IMG/VR virus record: IMGVR_UViG_3300025706_000025
Reading direction: 5' to 3' (one strand)
Source: an uncultured virus (IMG/VR IMGVR_UViG_3300025706_000025)
Lineage: Duplodnaviria; Heunggongvirae; Uroviricota; Caudoviricetes
DNA: 64,000 nucleotides
Part shown: positions 45,985 to 53,463 of the stretch, piece by piece
How positions within the stretch are numbered: position 1 is the first letter of the stretch
Layout: every line of letters begins with the position of its first letter
Position numbers and translations under genes: made by a program
Notes under the pieces: model-generated
Told to the model about the DNA's origin: nothing
Seen by the model: the letters and a program-made list of their open reading frames with translations, nothing else
Database searches by the model: none

Positions 45985-46488
45985 TTACGCGGCACAGACT
46001 TCGTCTTGGCGTCCGTCGATGGTGTATTCCACGCGAAGGCGGAACTTACCGGCGGTAGCCGTGGCGGTCAGGCCGGCGGTGGTGAGACGGACGTTCTGGC
46101 CGCCGTTACAGGTCAGCGGAGCCGTCAAGAGCAGAGCGGTACGCGAACCAGCGGTCAGGGCGTCGATGTCGGTAGAGCCGAGCAGAGCCGTAGCAGCGCC
46201 GGAAATACCGACCGTGACAGTCGCGCCAGCACCGATGCCGACGTAGGCGGTTTCGCAGATCAGTTCGCCACCAGTGACCACGGCGCCCAAGGGCATCGGG
46301 ATCGCATCGAAGACCACTCCGGTACCGGCGGTCAGGCCGGATTCGTTGGGATCAGTCGAATTGGCGGCGGTTGCGCCGAAGGTCTTCTTGACGCCATCCA
46401 CCGAGTCAATGACCCACTGGTTGAACGACCAGACGAATTCAGCGACAGACTTCTTCTGCGCGCCACGAGTTGCTTGAAGTTTGGACAT
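45985..46488 (-). CDS. putative capsid decoration protein
   Basis: Ala/Thr/Gly-rich, directly after MCP. Confidence 0.6.
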   Translation of the reverse strand: MSKLQATRGAQKKSVAEFVWSFNQWVIDSVDGVKKTFGATAANSTDPNESGLTAGTGVVFDAIPMPLGAVVTGGELICETAYVGIGAGATVTVGISGAATALLGSTDIDALTAGSRTALLLTAPLTCNGGQNVRLTTAGLTATATAGKFRLRVEYTIDGRQDEVCAA

Positions 46489-46501
46489 AATTTAGTCCTC
46501 C

Positions 46502-47614
46502 TTATTGGGTGACGTAAACAGAGACCACACCGAAGTCTTCAGTGGTGCCGCCGCTGTATTGGCTGTAGAACTGCGGCTTCTTGAAGCCGATGATCTTGCC
46601 GGTCGAGATACCTTGTTGGTTCTCGTAGTCGAAGCCCTTCTCGACCCATTCCGGATTGCCGAGGTCGGCCATACCCAGAGCCTGCGCGCCGCAGATCAGC
46701 ACTTGGCAACCGTCGACCAGACCGCCAGAACCCCACTTGGAGCCAGAGGCTGCCAGACGGGTATTCACGACGTGACGGAATTCGTGGAAGACGAGGTTGT
46801 CGATCTTCACGGCATCGCCGGAGAACAGTTGGTTCTCGCTGCCGCGCTGGGCTGCGTAACGCAGGTTGGCCATGTAGGTCGGGTCGAGCTTCAGGCGGGC
46901 CATGGCTTGCGGGCCAAGGAACACGTGATAGGTCTCTTCGCCACCCTTGCCAACGACGCCACGGATGTAGTTGTCCTTCATGTAGGCCTTGGCCTGCACG
47001 AACAGTTCCCACATCGGGGTGTCAGCTGCAGCGATGGAACCGTTGCCGGTGCCCCACTCGATCAGCTTGGTGGTGCCGTTCCAACGTCCGAAACGCTTGG
47101 TCGTCGGAGCGACGACGTCTTGAGCGAATTCAAGGTAGGGCAGATCGGAACCGACGCGGGTGCCACCGGAGTTCTTGACCGAGTAGGCGACGCCCGACAT
47201 GGTCAGGAAGGCCAGCTGGTCAATACGGTCGCCGAGCCAGTAGGCCAGCTTGTCGCGGGATTCACCACGGAAGTTGACCACAGACTTCTGGTCAGCCATG
47301 CGGCCTTCGTGACGGTTGGCGTGACGCAGTTGGTCGATACGGATCACCTGATCGTACGACTTCATTGCCTCTTCGTTGCCTTCCAGCGTGCGGTCGCCGG
47401 CGATACCGTCGCCTTCGAGGTCGGTGAGCAGCGTGATAACGGCGCGTGCGCCCTTTTCAGACTTCTTCAGCTCGGTGACGTGCTGGATGATGGAGTTGGC
47501 GTCAGAACCAAGGAACTGGTTGACGAAAGACATGTTGCGGGCTTGTTTCCACAAGTCCATGGACCAGACGGTTTTTTGTTCGCTGGTCAGCTGTGCAAAG
47601 TTTGTGTAAGACAA
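46502..47614 (-). CDS. major capsid protein (N4-gp56/DUF4043-like)
   Basis: EL.K..KG......L...L.GDG..GD..LEGNEE......D...IDQ.RHA; TTG start after AAGGAG. Confidence 0.9.
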   Translation of the reverse strand: MSYTNFAQLTSEQKTVWSMDLWKQARNMSFVNQFLGSDANSIIQHVTELKKSEKGARAVITLLTDLEGDGIAGDRTLEGNEEAMKSYDQVIRIDQLRHANRHEGRMADQKSVVNFRGESRDKLAYWLGDRIDQLAFLTMSGVAYSVKNSGGTRVGSDLPYLEFAQDVVAPTTKRFGRWNGTTKLIEWGTGNGSIAAADTPMWELFVQAKAYMKDNYIRGVVGKGGEETYHVFLGPQAMARLKLDPTYMANLRYAAQRGSENQLFSGDAVKIDNLVFHEFRHVVNTRLAASGSKWGSGGLVDGCQVLICGAQALGMADLGNPEWVEKGFDYENQQGISTGKIIGFKKPQFYSQYSGGTTEDFGVVSVYVTQ

Positions 47615-47632
47615 TTTGATTCTCCTTTCAGG

Positions 47633-48178
47633 TCACATATCTGGCCAGACTCTGTTGGACTTCGTCAGATTTGCGGACGCGACAAGGAGCTGTAAGTTGT
47701 GCTCGCAGTGCAACCCGCAAACCCGAGAACTCTTGAGCGGTACGATGTGGTCCACATGGACTTCGACACCCAGCCGATCACTTTCGAGTCTTGCCAGTTC
47801 GTAGAACAGTGCGATGTACTTGTCGTTGGCCCACGAAGGAGTTGCCTGAAGTTTCCGTGCGCGGCGTCGAGCCTGAGTAGCGTTATGCGTATGCCTGTTG
47901 GCGGTACGCCACTTTCTCTCTGCTTCCCGTCGGACGGCCTTGTTGGCGTGGTAGTAAGTGTGCTGTCGAATAGCCTCGCCTAGCTTGTTAGCCTCGCGGA
48001 ACTTAGCTCCGGCAATCCTGTTCCGCTCGCGTACCGTGTTTCGGTTCTCGGCGGCGTAGAAATTAGCTTTCGCTTTCGCGCACTCTTTGCACCAGTTTGT
48101 AAGGCCGTCTTTCCTGCCACTGTGTCTGTAGAACGCAGTAACGGGTTTTACTTCCTCGCACGCTGTGCAGAGCTTCAT
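47633..48178 (-). CDS. free-standing HNH endonuclease
   Basis: CxxC..CKEC, ATP.WA, HVDHIVPL...VCGLH...NLQLL....N..KSN. Confidence 0.9.
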   Translation of the reverse strand: MKLCTACEEVKPVTAFYRHSGRKDGLTNWCKECAKAKANFYAAENRNTVRERNRIAGAKFREANKLGEAIRQHTYYHANKAVRREAERKWRTANRHTHNATQARRRARKLQATPSWANDKYIALFYELARLESDRLGVEVHVDHIVPLKSSRVCGLHCEHNLQLLVASANLTKSNRVWPDM

Positions 48179-48390
48179 ACCGTGTCCTTAATAGTCAATC
48201 TCAACTACACGGCCAGATATCGCCCTGACATGCGAAGTACGACTGCTATCGGGGCCGAACCGCCTGCTGTGTCGCCGCAGGGAGCGGGTGACTGGCTACA
48301 ATCCGCCAGTCAGGGATTTTGGTCAGCGGTGGGAGGTTTCCCTTCCCCACGGCCCGGTTGCCCGATGTCTTGTCGCTGTCCGTGCGCAGC

Positions 48391-48419
48391 ACTCTACCAG
48401 AGTCTGGTAGAGCGTGCAA
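48391..48419 (-). promoter_or_regulatory. sigma70-like promoter overlapped by a palindromic operator
   Basis: TTGCAC-N17-TAGAGT with TGn; perfect 10-bp inverted repeat at 48392-48412. Confidence 0.6.
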
Positions 48420-48425
48420 CACATG

Positions 48426-48977
48426 TCATGCGATTTCCCAGTCTTGCATGAGCAGGTCGGTAGTGCTCGGTACCCACCCCATGACGATCGCGCCTTGCGC
48501 ATTCTTCAGAGTCATCGCCGGGACCACCTCTGCGGTACCATCAGATTGAGCAAACGCGTAGTCCTTGTTGGGCTGTGCCCAGAAGTCCGTATGCCTGACC
48601 TGCCCGCCTCGGGAGAAGGCTACCCATTGCCCCGGTGCATTCCAGCCGGCGCGCGTGACGCGCTTGCCATTCTTGGCCTGTCGAATGGCCCAGCCGATGT
48701 CGTGGTTCTCGTCGCCACGGGCGATGGTGTGCCATTCTTCGGCCAGCAAGTAGCCTTCGAGTGGCCACAGCTTGCTGAAGGCGTCTTCGTAGGAGTATTT
48801 GCGACCAAGCGCCTCGTCGAAATTGCAGGCGAGGACGCAGGCTGAGTGTCCATTCACCGTGAAGTTGTTGCCCATCGTAATGGTGCAGATGGTCGTGCGG
48901 CCGTCCTTCATCACGATGTACTCGACGTCCCGAATACGGGACTCAAGATACTGCTTGTCGACGGATGTGCGGCTCAT
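48426..48977 (-). CDS. Phage_gp49_66 domain + DUF2829 (Tad2-type) fusion; putative nucleotide-signal sponge
   Basis: TIC...NNFTV.G.SAC....NFD..LG......A..KLW.LEGY; GWA....K.G.RV.R.GWN...GWVPS.TDLL..DW. Confidence 0.8.
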   Translation of the reverse strand: MSRTSVDKQYLESRIRDVEYIVMKDGRTTICTITMGNNFTVNGHSACVLACNFDEALGRKYSYEDAFSKLWPLEGYLLAEEWHTIARGDENHDIGWAIRQAKNGKRVTRAGWNAPGQWVAFSRGGQVRHTDFWAQPNKDYAFAQSDGTAEVVPAMTLKNAQGAIVMGWVPSTTDLLMQDWEIA

Positions 48978-49390
48978 TTGAATGCTCCGATACGCTCTTC
49001 AAGGATCGAGGAATACACGCTCATGGCGACTTCCTGCCTGACCAGCCGATTCTGTTCGACCGTATCAAGGGTCGGGAAAACGGGGCTGGACATATTGAAC
49101 CGGCGCAGCGCGGAGAGCTTCTTGTCCAGTTCCGTCTTTTCGTCGATTACCCGTTGCTCGTGTGAGGCACGCACGAGGTGGTAGGCGCGCTCGAAGACGT
49201 CCTTGGGCGACCAGCTGATGTACCCGGCGAAGTTCGGGTGGTTGGCCTTGCCGCCGTCCGTGTATTCGACCAGATAGCCCTCGTCCACGCCGTCCTCGTC
49301 CGCCGGAAGTGCCCAGCCGCGCAGGATGTTGTAATCGGCCCGGTTCATCGGTGTGGCATTGATCGTCTTGGTGCCGGTGTAGATTTTCAT
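48974..49390 (-). CDS. two-domain protein (Y.GTK...GY.SWSPK.VFE.AY + crAss001_48-like helical domain)
   Basis: motifs seen; both domain types often occur with gp49/DUF2829 domains in phages. Confidence 0.7.
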   Translation of the reverse strand: MKIYTGTKTINATPMNRADYNILRGWALPADEDGVDEGYLVEYTDGGKANHPNFAGYISWSPKDVFERAYHLVRASHEQRVIDEKTELDKKLSALRRFNMSSPVFPTLDTVEQNRLVRQEVAMSVYSSILEERIGAFK

Positions 49391-50403
49391 ACGAAGTCAC
49401 CCCGCATCTTGGACTTGGTGGCGTCAGGCAGCGCCGAGAACTCGGCGAAGGTCATCTGGCTGGCTTCCGGGATGTCCTTGGTCTGGCCGTGCTTGTCGCT
49501 GTCAGCGCCCACAGGCTTCGTGGAGGCCGGCTGGCGCGACGCAGCATCGAGGTTCTTGGCCACGGCAGCGGTCTTGCGGTCTTGGCCCTTGGAGGCCGCG
49601 CTGAGACCTGTCTTGGCCGGTTCATCTGCGACGGCGACCGCTGCTTGGCGGCCCATGACGTACTTGACGGCCTTGAGCAGAGCTTTGGACGCCGACAGGC
49701 GCTCGCGATCCATGTACCCGCGCTGTTTGTCCAGCACGTCGTCGGTGATGTCCTGATCGAACTCCTCGGAAGTCTCGTCGAGCTGCGGATAGTTGGCCTC
49801 GATGTTCTCGATGGCCAGCTCCATGCGCATGCCTTCCAGCGCCTGATCCTTGGCCGCCATAGACATGTCGCCGGCTTGTTGAATGGCGATCTGCCGATTT
49901 AGGCGGTCGGCCTCGGCGGACAGTTGCGCGGCCTTTTCTTCGTCGTTGTCGATGGTCGCCTTGCGTTCGGCAGAGCGCAGCTCCTGCACCTTCGCTTCGA
50001 GCTGTCCGACATCAGCATTGCGCTGAATCTGCTGGTTCGCCCGGGTGGCTTCAGCCAGCAGGCGCTCAGCCGTCTCGGCGCGGTCACGCTCCTTCTGAAC
50101 AGCGCTGTCGAAGCGCGCCTTCGGGATCGTGGCGCCCTCGTCCTTGGCCTTCGGCGCGAACTTGCCGGTAGCGTCGCGCGGCGGCTCATCCTTCTTTTCG
50201 CCCTCGCCTTCGCCGGTGGCGACCTTGAGGTCAGCCTCTTCTTGCGCGGCAGCGGCGGCAGCGGCTTCAGCTGCTGCAGCGGTCTCGTCGGCGGTCGACG
50301 TGGCGACGAAATTGTCGCCGCGGTCGGCCGTGCCGCCGCCACCCTCGCCGTCGCCGGCAGGGGCCATAAGGTTCAGACCAAACAGCTTCTGATAGAGGGA
50401 CAT
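49387..50403 (-). CDS. capsid scaffolding protein
   Basis: acidic coiled coil, IPK.RFD, C-terminal EF.ALP; between portal and MCP. Confidence 0.75.
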   Translation of the reverse strand: MSLYQKLFGLNLMAPAGDGEGGGGTADRGDNFVATSTADETAAAAEAAAAAAAQEEADLKVATGEGEGEKKDEPPRDATGKFAPKAKDEGATIPKARFDSAVQKERDRAETAERLLAEATRANQQIQRNADVGQLEAKVQELRSAERKATIDNDEEKAAQLSAEADRLNRQIAIQQAGDMSMAAKDQALEGMRMELAIENIEANYPQLDETSEEFDQDITDDVLDKQRGYMDRERLSASKALLKAVKYVMGRQAAVAVADEPAKTGLSAASKGQDRKTAAVAKNLDAASRQPASTKPVGADSDKHGQTKDIPEASQMTFAEFSALPDATKSKMRGDFV

Positions 50404-52569
50404 TTATTTCTCCTTGGGGGTGCTTGATTGCGGTTGTGCGCTGGCCCGTAGGGTCGCAGCGCGATTGGTTTCAGACTCTGCTTGCTTCAGTTCTGCATCG
50501 TGTGCTGCCTGTTGCTCTTTGATCCCGTGCTCTCGCTCGGCCAATTCCATTTCATGGTCTTGCTTTCGTTCGGCCAAAGACATCTCGTGTCCTTGCTTCT
50601 GCTCGGCCAGTGCCATCTCTTGCTGCGCTTTTTCCGGACCGTCGCCAGAAGAAGCGGCCTTCTCTGCTTCGATCCCAATACGAGCATCTTCCTGCGCGAT
50701 CGCGGCTATGGACTGCTGAGTCTTGGCCTTCTTCAGCTCGGCATCGGCAGTCTTGGACATGGCGTCGGCTTCCATGACCGCCACCGAGGCCTCATCCGCC
50801 CGAGCCTTGAGGGCGGCAGCGGCCTGCGCTTCCGGCCCGCTCTGCTCATTTTGCATGCGTTTGGAGATTTCCGACTTGCGCATCAAGCGGCTGTTCTCGA
50901 TGAGGACGTCATCAGGAATTGCTACGCCAGCTTCGCGCATCGCCACTGCCTGCTCGAACTGGCTGTCTTCCAACGTGGCGCGGTACGGCGTGCTGGTGAT
51001 CACGATGTTGTACTCGCCGACCGTCAGGTCGTTGGTGATCTCACCGGTGCTCTCATTGTACTGATTGACCGGAACTTCTTCGGCCGCCATGAGCAGATCG
51101 TCGTGGGTGATGTTGATCAGGCGTTCCTCGGTGTAATACTCCTGAATCATGTCGATCAGGTTCCGGGCAATCAGGAAGTCGGTGCGCTCCAGATTGTCCA
51201 TCACCTTCGTGGTGTTGGTGCTGCCAGCCTGTTGCTTGGCCTGAATCGCCTTGGCGGCCACGTCCTCGCGGTCGAAGCCCTGCATCGAGTCCGAGATGTT
51301 GCTGATCGTCTTGATGTGCTCTTCGGCCTTGTAGCTGATCCGGTCGAGACCCTGCGGCGTGGCATTCGGGGTGATCTTCTCCGCGCCGGCGACGTCATCC
51401 AGCTCCAGCACGAGGCCGGTCGAGGCGCCCTTCTGCTCCAGTTCCTCGATCGACATGTTCTTCAGGGCACCGGTTTTGATCTTCCAGCCGCTGTTCGCCG
51501 TGGTGTTCACGACGTGCAGCTCTTGGCTGGAAACCTTGTTCAGGAGTTCCTGCGGCCCCAAGAGGTTTTCCACCAGCCCGATGGTGCGGCCGTAGCGGAA
51601 GTACGGGAAGTACGGAATGACCGTGAAGTGCTTGTACGGCGACCAATCGTCATGGAGAACGATGTTGTCGGCCGTGACAGTCCAGCGTATGCGTTTAACC
51701 AGCTTCTTGGTGGTCGATACTCGGCCGCCTGCTTTTTCGATGACGGAGGCGATGCGATTTCGATCCCAGCTTGTCGGAATTGGTCGCATATCTCCTGTCT
51801 CAATATCGACGAAATGCAATTGCTTGTCGAGTTTTCGATATTGTCGATCGAGTACGCGAATGTTTCGGCGGACGTCGCTCGGATCAGTGACACCGTAATA
51901 TCCTGCAAGCGGTAATACACCGCCGAATCGATCACGGACGCGTTCAATGGAGTCGTAACCGTAGGGGAAAGAGGAACCATCTTTGAGCTTCAGGAGTTCT
52001 GCGTCATCTTCGGAATACAGGACAGCGATGTCCTGCGGCGTGGCCCACTTGGTCGTGAAGACGTCGTTCCACTTGTCCGGGTCGTATTCCTCGGCATCCG
52101 GGTCAATCACGACGTTCTTGGAGTTGAGGTTCTCGATGCGCGCCTCACCGATCATGCTGTCGGTGAAGTCGAGGCGGAGGTCAATGAAGCCTCGGCTGCG
52201 GATGACGCCGTCGGCGAACAGCTCAGAGCGCACCCATGGCAACTGGTTGTTCTGGGCGATCTGCTTGAAGACCTTCGTCATCGCGTCGGCAGTATCGGTG
52301 TTGGCGCCGGTGGACGGCCGCAGGATTGTCTCGCTGCGGTTGTAAATCTGCTGGCCGAACAACGTGCCGAGCGTGCTGATGATCTTGTTGATCGTGATGG
52401 CGGGCCGGCGCTGGAGCGCCAGCGTGTTCAGGTCACTCTGTAACCACTGATCGCCGGCGAAGAACTTGTCGCACTTGTCTGCCTTGTTGACGAATTCCAA
52501 ATGGCCACGATCGCGGCAATACTGAAAGCGCATCCATTGCTCGCTGGCGATGTGGTTATTGACTGGCAT
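50404..52569 (-). CDS. portal protein
   Basis: FFAGDQW, RP.ITINKI, D..I..RG, PY.HF..IPYFPY...G.VE.L..PQE.LNK. Confidence 0.9.
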   Translation of the reverse strand: MPVNNHIASEQWMRFQYCRDRGHLEFVNKADKCDKFFAGDQWLQSDLNTLALQRRPAITINKIISTLGTLFGQQIYNRSETILRPSTGANTDTADAMTKVFKQIAQNNQLPWVRSELFADGVIRSRGFIDLRLDFTDSMIGEARIENLNSKNVVIDPDAEEYDPDKWNDVFTTKWATPQDIAVLYSEDDAELLKLKDGSSFPYGYDSIERVRDRFGGVLPLAGYYGVTDPSDVRRNIRVLDRQYRKLDKQLHFVDIETGDMRPIPTSWDRNRIASVIEKAGGRVSTTKKLVKRIRWTVTADNIVLHDDWSPYKHFTVIPYFPYFRYGRTIGLVENLLGPQELLNKVSSQELHVVNTTANSGWKIKTGALKNMSIEELEQKGASTGLVLELDDVAGAEKITPNATPQGLDRISYKAEEHIKTISNISDSMQGFDREDVAAKAIQAKQQAGSTNTTKVMDNLERTDFLIARNLIDMIQEYYTEERLINITHDDLLMAAEEVPVNQYNESTGEITNDLTVGEYNIVITSTPYRATLEDSQFEQAVAMREAGVAIPDDVLIENSRLMRKSEISKRMQNEQSGPEAQAAAALKARADEASVAVMEADAMSKTADAELKKAKTQQSIAAIAQEDARIGIEAEKAASSGDGPEKAQQEMALAEQKQGHEMSLAERKQDHEMELAEREHGIKEQQAAHDAELKQAESETNRAATLRASAQPQSSTPKEK

Positions 52570-52750
52570 AGATGTCCTTGATCTTGGTGTAAAGCTCGCG
52601 TAGTTCGTCTTCCGACATTTGCTGCAAGTCCGGTTTCTTCCACACGTTATGATTGCCCCATGCTTCGGCTATCAATGCGGCGTAGTCGCCTCGGGTTAAT
52701 TCACGCGGTACGCCGGCCCCCCGAACGGCGTCCACGAGCATTTCTTTCAT
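52556..52750 (-). CDS. hypothetical protein
   Basis: ATGA coupling. Confidence 0.55.
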   Translation of the reverse strand: MKEMLVDAVRGAGVPRELTRGDYAALIAEAWGNHNVWKKPDLQQMSEDELRELYTKIKDIYASQ

Positions 52751-53100
52751 CGCAAGAAGCGCAACTTGTATGCGGTGCTGGCGATCAGATCGCGGATTTC
52801 ATCGAGGGTGTTGAGCAAGTTGCTGTCGGATGCATCGAGGCCTTTGGCGCACTCGTCGACGCATTCACGCAAGTCGTCCATGAGCAAGATCGGGTCGGAA
52901 TACGGAGAGTATTTCGCCGGGTAGCTGTCAATCAGCGCATGCTCGCCTTGGTATGCTTCGGCGAGGCCGTCGACCAAATCGATGATTCCTTCATAGAATC
53001 CTTGGAGAGCGACGTGCTGTGCGTACGACCGGCTCTTCAGGTGAAGGACATGCGCCGTGGTGCGCGCATGGAAAAGCTCCATTACCAGTTTCCCGATCAT
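52747..53100 (-). CDS. ferritin/Dps-like phage protein (DUF5856-like)
   Basis: H..HL...SYA.H.AL..FY......D.LAEAYQG...N..DEI......T.YKL. Confidence 0.8.
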   Translation of the reverse strand: MIGKLVMELFHARTTAHVLHLKSRSYAQHVALQGFYEGIIDLVDGLAEAYQGEHALIDSYPAKYSPYSDPILLMDDLRECVDECAKGLDASDSNLLNTLDEIRDLIASTAYKLRFLR

Positions 53101-53423
53101 TTCGGCTCCACGATTTCCCAAGCGACGACAGAAGTATCCGTGGCGTCTGCGGAAGTGATGGTGAACGAAGTGCCGACGACGCGAGCGGTCACGGCCATGG
53201 CCTTGGCAGCGGTCACGGTGCCGAGGGCTTGTTGTTGCAAGAAGATTCGGGAGTTGGCCGTCACGATGGAGGAGTTGATGGTAGCGGTGCCGGCCACCAG
53301 CGTGGCCACGCCCATGGCGGAATCCGCGTCGCCTTCCTTGATCTTGTCGCCGTCGCCGTTACGCGAGGCGGGCGGGTCGTAGTTGTCGTTTCCGATGTAA
53401 GGGCTGGAGTTCGTTTTGCTCAT
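53097..53423 (-). CDS. small virion-associated protein
   Basis: G.ATLVAGT.T....VTANSRIFL...GTSFTI.S....DTS.VAW. Confidence 0.65.
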   Translation of the reverse strand: MSKTNSSPYIGNDNYDPPASRNGDGDKIKEGDADSAMGVATLVAGTATINSSIVTANSRIFLQQQALGTVTAAKAMAVTARVVGTSFTITSADATDTSVVAWEIVEPK

Positions 53424-53450
53424 GGTGTTCCTTTCGTCAGATTGCGCGAG

Positions 53451-53461
53451 ATTGTAGCAGA
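53451..53461 (-). promoter_or_regulatory. putative extended -10 promoter
   Basis: TCTGCTACAAT just after TerL stop. Confidence 0.45.
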
Positions 53462-53463
53462 GA

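Noticed and set aside
50482..51915. Long antisense ORFs (e.g. 477 aa here, 427 aa at 20343, 396 aa at 46505)
   Set aside because: Shadow ORFs of GC3-biased genes; no RBS or protein motifs noted
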